DNA from: Dehalococcoidia bacterium
GTDB lineage: Bacteria > Chloroflexota > Dehalococcoidia > Lucifugimonadales > UBA3495
DNA length: 64,000 nucleotides
Direction of reading: 5' to 3'
NCBI GenBank assembly: GCA_965216025.1
Contig: CBDCEX010000018.1
Coordinates: 7,808-71,807, forward strand
A program made the translations under genes and the position numbers. Shown here piece after piece: positions 45,735-54,775 of this stretch. The first letter of the stretch is position 1. Each line of letters begins with the position of its first letter. The notes under the pieces are model-generated. The model made no database searches. It was not told where the DNA came from and worked only from the letters and a program-made list of their open reading frames with translations.

Positions 45735-45882
45735 TATTACAACGACGCTTCCTCAATTTGGTCAGTTTTTGACCGGAAATCGCTTCGCGGAAGGCAAGGC
45801 CACAAAGCTGTCGAGCGCGTGGGCAGGTTGCTATGAAGGGTACTCAAGATCCCTTTCTTGCGATCCGTCGTTGTAATACTAG
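45731..45882. mobile_element. 152-bp MITE with IS701-type TIRs, copy 2
   Basis: Differs from copy 1 at one position (g/a at 45734 versus 43685). Confidence 0.75.
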
Positions 45883-46071
45883 GGGGCCGCTTTCCCAAAC
45901 GGCGTCCTCTACGAACAGCTCGGCTATTTTGTCCGGGTTGTAGTTATCGTCGCAGTATGCTGCGTACCTTGCTTTCAGGTTTCTGATAGCGTCTGTGTCC
46001 TCCAGAACGCGGACCCTATTCTCAAGCTCTTCCAGCCTCAGGATTAGATCTGTGGTTTGATCGGATGCCAT
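45883..46071 (-). pseudogene. N-terminal fragment of a SnoaL/NTF2-like protein truncated by the MITE
   Basis: LEDTDAIRNLKARYAAYCDDNYNPDKIAELFVEDAVWESGP is a typical SnoaL-like N-terminus. The ORF then reads into the MITE. Confidence 0.4.
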
Positions 46072-46168
46072 TATTCCCTCCCTGCTATTGCTTTGGCACA
46101 GGTCCCAACAGCTTTAGATTCACTCATCTGTAGATTTCCAGCTACTCACAGGTTAGGGCAATGAACGG

Positions 46169-47869
46169 CTAACCAAAGCTAAGGTGCTCTCGTATCCTGC
46201 CCAATAGCGAATCAACTTCGGCGGAGTCGACCCCGCACTGATTCAGGGAATGGCGAAGAATTTCCAAGCCCGCTTCCATCTCCGGCCAAACCACCTCCTT
46301 CACGCCAATCTGCTGAAACTGGTCTCCCTCCTCGCGCCAATGGACCCGCGCCACCACATCTAATTCGGGATTGAGTTGCAGCGCGTTCTGGGCGGTGACT
46401 AGGCTGGATACCGGATCACCGGTGCTGATCACCATCAGGCGGGCCGATTTCACCTGGGCAGCCTCCAAAACCGGCTGACTATCGCTAGATCCGTGGATGA
46501 CGTAGTGCCCTAGCTGTTGGCACCGACTTACTACCCGCGGGTCAAGGTCAACGACGATAATTGGAACATGGTGTTCCTTTAAAACCCGGGCCACCAGTGA
46601 CCCAACCCTTCCCAAGCCGCAGATGACGACGTGGCCTTCCAGTGGGGGGATCCGCCCTTCTGACCTTCCGTTGTCAAGACGGTAGGGGCTGAGCCAGCCG
46701 AAGCGGCGGTTGATCACGCCCGTCGCCCGGCTGGCACCGGCGATGGCCCATGGGGTGAAAGCCATGCTCAATACCGCTGAGACCACAGCCAGGGAGAAGA
46801 ATTCTGGCCCCACGATGCCCAGGGTAGTAGCCGAATCCGCCAGGATGAAGCTGAACTCCCCCACCTGAATCAGGCCGACGCCCGTGAGCAAGGCGGTATG
46901 AGGCAGGTACCCAAGGGAGCGCACAATTCCGGCGGTAATGGTGAATTTTAGGAAGGCGGCCAGGGCCACTACGCCTAACACCAACAGTAAGTTGTCCATG
47001 ACAAAGTTAGGGTCGATAAGCATGCCGAGGGACACGAAAAACAAAGCGGAAAAGGTGTCCTTCAGCGGCGCGATTTCGGCGAAAGCCCGATGGCCAAAAG
47101 CCGACTGGCTGACCAGCAACCCGGCTACAAACGCGCCCATGGCAGCAGAAAGCCCGGCCATGTGAGTGATTCCGGCCGTGGCGAAGGTGATGGCGACGAC
47201 AGCCAATATGAAGACTTCCCGGCTGCCCAGGCGGGCGACGTAGTTAAGCACCCAGGGAATTGCCTTGTAACCTAGCAAGGCCATCAGTCCCAGCACGACG
47301 GCGGCCTTCAACAATCCCATTCCCAGGTCCGGCAAGAACGCTGCGCTTTGGCCCCCCAGAGCCGGCAGCATGGCGATCATGGGGATAAACGCCAAGTCTT
47401 GAATCAGCAGCAATCCGGTAAGGATACGCCCGTGGAGGGCGTGCAATTCTCCCCGATCTATCAAGCTTTTCAGGACCACCATAGTGCTGCTGAGAGATAG
47501 CACCAATCCCAGGAGAATCGACTGAGAAGCAGTCCACCCCCAAAGGATGCCAATGAGGCTCGCCAAGCCGGCGGTGGCTACTACCTGAATAATGCCACCT
47601 AGAATAACCACTTTCCCCAGCTGGCGAATGCTTTCGAAGGAAATTTCAATGCCGACGGCGAACAGAAGGAAGATTACGCCGAACTCAGCCAGTATTCGCA
47701 CGGTCTCAACGTCATTCACCAGCTGGAGGGCATGGGGCCCCAGCAGTAGTCCCACTACCAGATACCCCAAAATCACTGGAGAATGCAACACCCGAGCGAT
47801 CAGTCCGCCCAAAAACGCCGCGGCAAAGATGACAATGATGTCGAAAAACAGCCCACTCTCCACCGACAC
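46169..47869 (-). CDS. CPA2-family cation:proton antiporter with C-terminal RCK/TrkA-N domain (Kef-type)
   Basis: About 12 TM segments, then the Rossmann motif HVVICGLGRVGSLVARVL. The last 5 codons and the stop coincide with an IS630-type TIR-like sequence (46172-46186). Confidence 0.85.
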   Translation of the reverse strand: MSVESGLFFDIIVIFAAAFLGGLIARVLHSPVILGYLVVGLLLGPHALQLVNDVETVRILAEFGVIFLLFAVGIEISFESIRQLGKVVILGGIIQVVATAGLASLIGILWGWTASQSILLGLVLSLSSTMVVLKSLIDRGELHALHGRILTGLLLIQDLAFIPMIAMLPALGGQSAAFLPDLGMGLLKAAVVLGLMALLGYKAIPWVLNYVARLGSREVFILAVVAITFATAGITHMAGLSAAMGAFVAGLLVSQSAFGHRAFAEIAPLKDTFSALFFVSLGMLIDPNFVMDNLLLVLGVVALAAFLKFTITAGIVRSLGYLPHTALLTGVGLIQVGEFSFILADSATTLGIVGPEFFSLAVVSAVLSMAFTPWAIAGASRATGVINRRFGWLSPYRLDNGRSEGRIPPLEGHVVICGLGRVGSLVARVLKEHHVPIIVVDLDPRVVSRCQQLGHYVIHGSSDSQPVLEAAQVKSARLMVISTGDPVSSLVTAQNALQLNPELDVVARVHWREEGDQFQQIGVKEVVWPEMEAGLEILRHSLNQCGVDSAEVDSLLGRIREHLSFG

Positions 47870-48067
47870 GCTTACCCCCTACCTTCGGAAAAGTCCAGGG
47901 ACACGAGATTGTTTCTCATCACTTTCCCCTGGGGTCGATGCTCAACAACTATAGCCGGCCATGAAATCAGGGACTGAGAGGATATACTGATGATTGTAGG
48001 TGTTCCAAAAGATCTTGGCGCCTGCCTGGACCGCCCCATTTAGGAAGGGATCTCTTCACAGGACTCT

Positions 48068-48535
48068 TTGGAGGATGAATTGAAAGCAATCTCGACCATC
48101 GCCCGATTCTTTCGCCAGAATGGAGAGGGTGAACAAACGCAGGCCAAAGACATAATGAGCACGCCGGTGTTAACTATTTCTCCCGATGCCACCGTCGGTG
48201 AAGCCGCCGGCCTCATGCTGGAGAAACATGTCAGCTGTTTGCCGGTGGTGGATGAACAGGAACAGTTGGTGGGTATGCTCACGCACAGTGATTTTGAGTT
48301 GCACCGCAAATTGATCGGAATGGTAGACGACCTCTACGAGCTGCTAGGGACCTGGGCCACCCCGCATTCCCTGGAGGACGCAGCCAGGCAGGCCGCGAGC
48401 AAACAGGTAAAGGACGTCATGCATCGAAATCTGGCTACCATCACTGAAGGAGCATCAATAGCGGAATTGTCCGAACAGATGCTGCGTAGGAAGCAGGCCA
48501 CTAGTATTACAACGTCAGTTAGTTTGATAGGATGA
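48068..48535 (+). CDS. CBS-domain pair protein, 3' end replaced by the IS701 terminus
   Basis: IMSTPVLTISPDATVGEAAGLMLEKHVSCLPVVDEQEQLVGMLTHSDF and VMHRNLATITEGASIAELSEQMLRRK. The final residues TSITTSVSLIG are read from the IS TIR. Confidence 0.7.
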   Translation: MEDELKAISTIARFFRQNGEGEQTQAKDIMSTPVLTISPDATVGEAAGLMLEKHVSCLPVVDEQEQLVGMLTHSDFELHRKLIGMVDDLYELLGTWATPHSLEDAARQAASKQVKDVMHRNLATITEGASIAELSEQMLRRKQATSITTSVSLIG

Positions 48536-49965
48536 CTGTGTAGCTGGAGAGGGAATAGGCAGGTGAGGTGGGGATGTGGATGCGGCAGCTTTCGAGCAGG
48601 TGTACGGGTCATTTCGGGATTTTCACGCTTACTTCGCGCCGCTGTTTGGCCGCCGGGAGACGCGGGAGCACAGCGGTCATTATCTCCAGGCCCTGCTGGT
48701 ACAGTCTGGGGAGCGGCGCAACGCTGAGAACCTGTCGGAGACGGTTCCGGGGTCAGCCCGAGGGATGCAGCGGTTTCTCACCGATTCTCCCTGGGACGAT
48801 GAGGTGATTATAGGACGGCTGCAGGAGTACCTGGGAACCCGGCTGGAGCATCCGGAAGGGGTGTGGGTGCTGGACGGCAGCGACTTTCCCAAGCAGGGGA
48901 GGAAGTCGGTGGGAGTGGCCCGGCAGTACTGCGGGAGGCTGGGGAAGGTGGCCAACTGCCAGGCGGGGATGTTCCTGGCCTATGTCAGCCCGTTGGGACG
49001 GGCATTGGTGGACAAGGGGCTGTATCTGCCCGAGAGTTGGACCTCGGACAAAGACCGGTGTGAGGCGGCGGGTGTGCCGGAGGATAGGCAGGGCTACCGG
49101 TCCAAGACGGAGTTGGCCTTGGAGATGGTGGGGCGGGCACAGGAGCGGGGCCACCTGAAGGCTGGATGGGTCGCGGCGGACGACGCCTTCGGGATGTCGC
49201 CGTCCTTCCGGGAGGGCCTGGCGGCCTTGGGGATGTGGTACGTGCTGGACGTTCCGTCCGGCTTTACGGTGTGGCCGCCGGAGCCTGCCTGGACCAGTGC
49301 GGAGTATCAGGGATTCGGGCGTCCCCGCAAACCCAGGCTGCGAGACGGTCAGCGCCGGACCATGGAGCAGCGCAGCGACGAGTTGCCGGAGGAGGCCTGG
49401 CGTGAGATAACGGTGGCCGAGGGAAGCCAGGGGCCACGCAGCTACCTTTTCAGCGCCCAGAGGGTGCGACCGACCAGCAGGCGCAAGCCCGGCGAAATCC
49501 ACTGGGCCGTCTACCGCCGGAACCGGGACGGCAGCGAACCCCGCTACTACCTGTCCAATGCTCCGGAGGATACCCCGTTGGAGACCCTGGCATACGTGGG
49601 AGGCTCCCGTTGGCGTATAGAAACGGAGTTTGAGACCGAGAAAAGCGACGTAGGCCTGGACGAGTACGAGACCCGCACCTGGGCTGGCTGGCATCACCAC
49701 GTGGCCCTGTGCCTGCTGGGCGGAGCTTTTCTGCTGAGCCTGCAACAGGCTTGGGGGGAAAAAGATGCCCCGGATCACGAGGCCGCAGGTCTACCGGGTG
49801 GTGCGGGAAATGCTGCCCCGGGAACGGTTCGGGCCAACCGAGTTGCTGCGGTGGCTTGAGGATACGCAGGACAGTAACGAACGGGCCAAACGCTCCCATG
49901 CCAAGCGCCGCGCCGCCATGCGGGCATCACCCCACATCCCTCCCTGAACTGACGTTGTAATACTA
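48502..49965 (+). mobile_element. IS701-family insertion sequence
   Basis: 19-bp TIRs tagtattacaacgtcagtt (48502-48520) and aactgacgttgtaatacta (49947-49965). Confidence 0.8.
48576..49859 (+). CDS. IS701-family transposase (C-terminal frameshift at a G6A5 run)
   Basis: FGRRETREHSGHYLQALLVQSGERRNAENLSE...VLDGSDFPKQGRKSVGVARQYCGRLGKVANCQAG. The expected C-terminus (PRITRPQVYRVVREML...) is in ORF 49765..49947, after the run at 49753-49763. Confidence 0.85.
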   Translation: MDAAAFEQVYGSFRDFHAYFAPLFGRRETREHSGHYLQALLVQSGERRNAENLSETVPGSARGMQRFLTDSPWDDEVIIGRLQEYLGTRLEHPEGVWVLDGSDFPKQGRKSVGVARQYCGRLGKVANCQAGMFLAYVSPLGRALVDKGLYLPESWTSDKDRCEAAGVPEDRQGYRSKTELALEMVGRAQERGHLKAGWVAADDAFGMSPSFREGLAALGMWYVLDVPSGFTVWPPEPAWTSAEYQGFGRPRKPRLRDGQRRTMEQRSDELPEEAWREITVAEGSQGPRSYLFSAQRVRPTSRRKPGEIHWAVYRRNRDGSEPRYYLSNAPEDTPLETLAYVGGSRWRIETEFETEKSDVGLDEYETRTWAGWHHHVALCLLGGAFLLSLQQAWGEKDAPDHEAAGLPGGAGNAAPGTVRANRVAAVA

Positions 49966-50767
49966 ACAGGCTGCTGAAAACTATTGGGGCCGGTCGACAT
50001 CATCTTGGGGGCAGCGACAAGCGTAATAATCACCAAGAATATCGAAGTGGACGTGACTTAAGGACACGTTTTGGCCGGATATCGTCGTGCTCGGGCGACA
50101 ATTTACAGGGCAGTTTCACAGAGACCCCCTTTTTCCGCAGCCTGCTAAATGGCCGATACACTTTCGGCCAAGGGGTTTACTCAGGTCCCAAATCGCGTTG
50201 TACGAAGCTCGGATCTTCATCTGGAACCAAGCTAACTTACGCGATGCTTCTAAATAAACTACGCTTGGAACAACGAATGCAGCCAATAAAGAATACCAGA
50301 CGCCAGAGGCGCCGCACTTTTCCCGGGCCAGTTACCCCCAGTGAGGGTCTCACAGCAGCAGTCCAACGAGACTGATGACTACCGCCTACCGTCTGTGGTG
50401 TGTTAACATAAGCCGAATACTAGATAATGGGCTTTTAAACAAAAGAAAAAGCGGCCAGCTAGCCATCCGAGGATGAACATGCTACCCGCCCTTAACCTAC
50501 AATAAGAGCGTAGCAGAATCTCTGGTGGCAAGTCAAGTAAGCCGGCAGAGGTTTTTATCCCTGACCAACCTCACAATGGGGGGGACCCCCAACCCCCCCC
50601 TCGACAATTCGATACCGAACCCGAGCCCAATACCCTCATATTCGAAGACCAATCGCTCGGCCTCCGCTTTAAGCTCCCGAAAAAGATTCTCCGGGCTTCC
50701 AACTTTTTAGGGCCTGCCGAATTCTCTACGCCATTCTCCATGCTACGCCTGGCAAAAAACCGCTGTG

Positions 50768-50951
50768 TTTGTGGCAAATAATAAGTGTGGTTTGTGGCAA
50801 CACCCATGTCCTTTGTGGCAAATAATAAGTGTGGTTTGTGGCAACACCCATGTCCTTTGTGGCAAATAATAGTGTGGTTTGTGGCAACACCCATGTCCTT
50901 TGTGGCAAGTTATAGTGTCCTTTGAGGCAAGGAATAGTGTGGTTTGTGGCA
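50768..50951 (+). repeat. iteron array: nine copies of TTTGTGGCAA at 21-23 bp spacing
   Basis: Core starts at 50768, 50791, 50812, 50835, 50856, 50878, 50899, 50921 (tttgaggcaa variant) and 50942. The units alternate in a 44-bp super-repeat. An AT-rich tract follows. Confidence 0.8.
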
Positions 50952-51144
50952 ACGAAATCGGTCAAAAAAGTGAGGTTTTGAAGCTAGATTCTGGGGGTTT
51001 CTCTAGGGTCAAGGTATTTAAGGTATTTAACGTACGTAATTTAAGATATTAAGCAAACAACAACAGAGAAGATGTTGTTGTTGCTTAAAAAAATTTCTTC
51101 GCCATTTATGCGAACACAGTGATGAGACTGAGGGAGAGGGTAAG

Positions 51145-52908
51145 ATGACTCTTACGAAAAAGAAACGTGGTTCTTCAGGCGCACCACGTAGGGTTATGCT
51201 ACCGGACGATCAGAATGATTCAGCTACTCTGGGTCCAGGATCAGACGCAGAACTTCCCGCCACCGACGTCTTGCCCCCAGACATTATCCGTTCTGAGGTA
51301 AACTTTCTGGCCCTACCGTTCTTTGCCCTGTCCAGGCGTGACACCCATGGCAGGATGAAAACCGAGTACCACACAACAGTGCAGAGAGGGGATGAACGGC
51401 TTGAGGTATCCTGGAAAGTCTTGGCACATCAAGAGTATGGCTATCCTGGTCCCTTTGACCGCGAGGTCCACAAGGCCATAGAGCACATGGTCAGCGAGAT
51501 GCGGCCGCCCTTAGAGAACCCCATACGACTTGGCTCCCTGTACAACATTGCAAAGCTCATGGGCGTGAAGTTCTCAGGGAGAGCATCACAGGACATCAAG
51601 AAGGCCATCCAGAGAATTATTATGACGGGTATCGAATCCAAAGGCACCTTCTATCAGAAAGGCCAGGCAAAATGGGCCACAGATATATTTCACCTATACG
51701 AGCGAGTGGTGTTTCTTGGTGAGACGTTGCCCGATGGGGCCACCGCGGATACCAACCACCTGTTTTTCAGCAGCTGGTACCTAGACAACATCAATGCCCG
51801 TTATGTAAAGCCCTTAGACTATGCGTTTTTCCGCTCCCTGCACGGCCACGTCGCCTCCAGGCTCTACGAGCTCTTGGGTCTGAAGTTCTACGGCATGGGC
51901 TCTCACCCATTCATTCGCTATCGCTATTCCACCCTTTGCCAGCTCCTTCCCGTCACGAGACACAGGCACCCTTCCCAAGCCAAACGAAAGCTTGAGCCAG
52001 CGCACCAGGAGCTTATTAGTACGGCGTTCTTCAAGGACGTTGAGTGGGCCAAAATCCCTGGGGAAAGCAACGATTGGTACGTGACCTACTGGCCTGGGAC
52101 AAGGGCAAAAGAGGAGCTATGGCGCTTCCCTCGGCAGCAGGCGCTAACCCAAGAGCCAGTCCAGGGAACCTCGCAGGTTCCACCTACAAGTCCTCTAGAA
52201 GACGACGAGCCAGCACCGGTTGCTGGCAAAGACACGTCCCGGAAGCGCACGAAGAAAGCGCTCTTTGAGCTCACAGAAGCCCAACTGGAGGCCTTCAAAG
52301 CGCTTCAGGACCTGGGGGTGAGCAAAGGGACAGCTGAAGACCTGGCTAGGCAATTTGAAGCTAAAGCCGTCCATAATTGGATAAGCGTTGTCCGCAATGA
52401 CGAAGGGATCCAGGATCCGCCGGCGTACCTCGTGAAAGCCCTTCGTGAGGGCTGGCAGCTGCCAGAGAGCTTCCAACGGCGAGAAGCAGAGCGCAAGGAA
52501 GCTGAAGCCCTAGAAGAAGAACGAAAGCGCCTTGAGAGCTGCTCTATCTGCCAGGGCAGGGGAGTCTATTACATAGACAACAACAAGGTGGCCAGGTGTG
52601 ACCACACCGGTCGCAAGAAACGGAGATCCACCAAGGGCCGAAATCAAGAGCTGGATACTCAGGCAGTATGGGGCCAGACTTTGAAAGCACTGCGCGACCA
52701 GATCCCTGCTCATATCTACGAGACCCGTCTGAAAGACACGAGCTTCCTCGGGATGGATGGCAACACAGCCATTGTCGAGGTATCTAGCTATTACATGGTT
52801 GAGCAATTAGAGCGGTTCTACCGGAGCATAGCGGGGACCCTGGAGCAGGTGCTGGGTCAAAAGGTTGAAATAGAGTTTGTCTCTGCTGCTGCTCCAGAGA
52901 GGCAGTAA
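51145..52908 (+). CDS. replication initiator protein (RepA / RPA-family N-terminal domain) with extended C-terminal region
   Basis: VNFLALPFFALSRRD...YGYPGPFDREVHKAIEHMV...IKKAIQRIIMTGIES fits the Replication initiator protein A family. There is a Cys cluster CSICQGRG...CDH. The C-terminal ~80 aa resemble DnaA domain I. Confidence 0.7.
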   Translation: MTLTKKKRGSSGAPRRVMLPDDQNDSATLGPGSDAELPATDVLPPDIIRSEVNFLALPFFALSRRDTHGRMKTEYHTTVQRGDERLEVSWKVLAHQEYGYPGPFDREVHKAIEHMVSEMRPPLENPIRLGSLYNIAKLMGVKFSGRASQDIKKAIQRIIMTGIESKGTFYQKGQAKWATDIFHLYERVVFLGETLPDGATADTNHLFFSSWYLDNINARYVKPLDYAFFRSLHGHVASRLYELLGLKFYGMGSHPFIRYRYSTLCQLLPVTRHRHPSQAKRKLEPAHQELISTAFFKDVEWAKIPGESNDWYVTYWPGTRAKEELWRFPRQQALTQEPVQGTSQVPPTSPLEDDEPAPVAGKDTSRKRTKKALFELTEAQLEAFKALQDLGVSKGTAEDLARQFEAKAVHNWISVVRNDEGIQDPPAYLVKALREGWQLPESFQRREAERKEAEALEEERKRLESCSICQGRGVYYIDNNKVARCDHTGRKKRRSTKGRNQELDTQAVWGQTLKALRDQIPAHIYETRLKDTSFLGMDGNTAIVEVSSYYMVEQLERFYRSIAGTLEQVLGQKVEIEFVSAAAPERQ

Positions 52909-53299
52909 CAGGCGACGTTTTGATGGCCGGCAGGTAGTTTGGAGCGGCCGGGTCGCCCCTAGGACGGAGTCCTGGGAACCAGATGACATAAATTCTGTTG
53001 TACGGCCGCTGTGGATCGAGATGATAAGGTAGGAACGAGGTCACCCAAAGGGCAAAAAATAAAACTGGCTGGGGCCGACGTTCTCCACGACTCCTACTTC
53101 GTCAGCGGGTCTTCCACCGCCTGGTCGATTAGGCCTCGGCTATCCGTTCGTGATCGCACTCATCCCAATTCTTCTCCGATTACCAAAAACGCGGATGAAC
53201 CGCTTTTGGATTGACATTTACACTTCGGCAACTCCGCCTTTCCGATACCAGCCCACCCACCGTTGCACTGTCCGGTCATAGATTGCCATTATCTTGGAA

Positions 53300-53590
53300 A
53301 CTGTAAATGTCAATCCAAAAGCCACCCACCTCGATGGCCGAAAAGTCACCCACCCATGGGTGTAGTGATGATGAGTTGGTACTCCATCAAGAATTCTAGA
53401 GGGAGGCCTGCTGAGCCGTGGGTCACCGAAGACCTCAGTCCAGCTGGCGAAGTCCAGATTAGAGGTTATCAGCACCGAGCCCCGCTCGTAGAGGTCGGTA
53501 AGGAGACCAAATAGGAGCTCCGCACCCACCTTGGAAAAAGGGACAAATCCGACCTCATCCAGGACCGTATCCCAAACTTGATTCCCTCGT
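53300..53590 (-). pseudogene. istB: IS21 IstB C-terminal remnant (a different copy from 12900..13455)
   Basis: TVLDEVGFVPFSKVGAELLFGLLTDLYERGSVLITSNLDFASWTEVFGDPRL, then degenerate sequence. Confidence 0.6.
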
Positions 53591-53691
53591 AGAAAGGCCT
53601 ATCTGAGATTGGTGCATGGGGAAGGTGTCTGGCAGGGGAGGAGGCCCTGGGTCTGCGCTGAGGACCAGCGTAGTCCCGTCGCATTACACTT

Positions 53692-54153
53692 TTGGTGGCT
53701 CACAGTGACCAGTGGTGGCGCGTCCGCGTGAACGATACCGGGGGCGAGTTCAGTGAATTGGTGGCTGACACGGGCACAGCGGCGACCACCTACACCGACA
53801 ACACGGTAGCGGCCAGCACTCACTACACCTACCGCATCAAGGCCATCAACGAGTACGGGGTGAGCGAGCGGTCCCGCTGGTTCCACATCGAAACCCTGGA
53901 AGTGCCGGTACCGGCCAAGCCCACCGGCCTGAACGCCACGGCTACCCATGACCAGGTGGCGCTCACCTGGGACGACCCCGGCGACTACAGCATCACCGGG
54001 TACGTGATCCTCAGGCGCCACCGCTACGACGACCCCAAGGGCCACTTCGATGAGCTGGTGGCGGACACGGGAACGGCGGCGACCACCTACACCGACGATA
54101 CGGTAGAGGACATTACAGCCAGGCTATTGGAGATGCGTTCCGGCTCGGAATGA
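53692..54153 (+). pseudogene. fibronectin type III repeat protein fragment
   Basis: Two FN3-like units (ADTGTAATTYTDNTVAASTHYTYRIKAINEYGVSERS and PTGLNATATHDQVALTWDDP...), with no signal peptide and an abrupt end. Confidence 0.5.
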
Positions 54154-54286
54154 TACCATTTCCTTATGGAGAGTGCGTCTTTTGGGCATGGCAGGGGCGC
54201 ACGGCCGGGCGCCTTTACGGACCTAATCTTTCGGCAACCTACGCTGTTGACCGCCAAGGTCCCTTGTGTTAAATTGATCCTCTTTA

Positions 54287-54299
54287 GATACCAAGTATC
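54287..54299. promoter_or_regulatory. palindrome GATAC-N3-GTATC upstream of the second fur-family gene
   Basis: gataccaagtatc has the same arms as 249-261. Confidence 0.45.
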
Positions 54300-54316
54300 A
54301 TTTAAAAAGTGCCGGT

Positions 54317-54760
54317 TTGCGTAAGCGAGGATCCCCCCTGTCGGAGCAACTTATGGATGCCCTTGAGGAACGGGGCTATCGTGATACTGCCCCGCGTCGA
54401 ACTGTGGCGCGAGCCATCGCTGAGAAGGAGCGGCATTTTGCCGCCGAGGAATTGCGAGAGCAGCTACCGGGAATAGGCCGGGCCACTGTGTATCGGTCCT
54501 TGAAGATTCTGGTCGAGGCCGGTGCCCTGTGCCGGGTTTTGCTGGAGGACGGTAACCTGCACTACCAGTTGAGCCATCGAGGACACCATCATCATCTCCT
54601 TTGCGTCGAGTGCGGAGCATCCGAGGACTTGCTGGGCTGCGACATTGAAGACCGACTGGAAAGTGTCGCCGAAGCGCACCATTTCCAAGTCAGCGGTCAC
54701 TGGCTGGAGGTATACGGAAGGTGTCAGACCTGTACCGCAGAACTGAGGGCCCCAGCCTGA
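54317..54760 (+). CDS. zur: Fur-family metalloregulator (Zur-like), paralogue of 291..743
   Basis: GRATVYRSLKILVEAGALCRVLLEDGNLHYQLSHRGHHHHLLCVECG...SGHWLEVYGRCQTC is collinear with the first copy. Confidence 0.85.
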   Translation: MRKRGSPLSEQLMDALEERGYRDTAPRRTVARAIAEKERHFAAEELREQLPGIGRATVYRSLKILVEAGALCRVLLEDGNLHYQLSHRGHHHHLLCVECGASEDLLGCDIEDRLESVAEAHHFQVSGHWLEVYGRCQTCTAELRAPA

Positions 54761-54775
54761 TCTCTATTTTTACCC

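Noticed and set aside
46172-46186. IS630-type TIR-like sequence (TA-accaaagctaaggtg) coinciding with the last five codons and the stop of the Kef-type antiporter
   Set aside because: I could not find a convincing inverted partner beyond the gene. It may be a solo end or a chance resemblance. It is noted under the gene but not called as a mobile element.
50768-50951. Regularly spaced short repeats that could be mistaken for a CRISPR array
   Set aside because: The period is only 21-23 bp. The sequences between the cores also repeat (a 44-bp super-unit), so there are no unique spacers. No cas genes are present. The array sits next to an AT-rich tract and a RepA gene, so it was called as iterons.
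12085-53590. Idea that the three IS21 pieces (12.1-13.5 kb plus strand, 35.2-35.7 kb minus strand, 53.3-53.6 kb minus strand) are reciprocal halves of one element separated by simple inversions
   Set aside because: The two istB pieces overlap in content and differ in sequence (LLIIDELGFVPLSPTGAELLF versus TVLDEVGFVPFSKVGAELLF), so they come from different copies. The two istA pieces leave a gap of roughly 85 aa. At least two IS21-family copies and additional deletions are needed.
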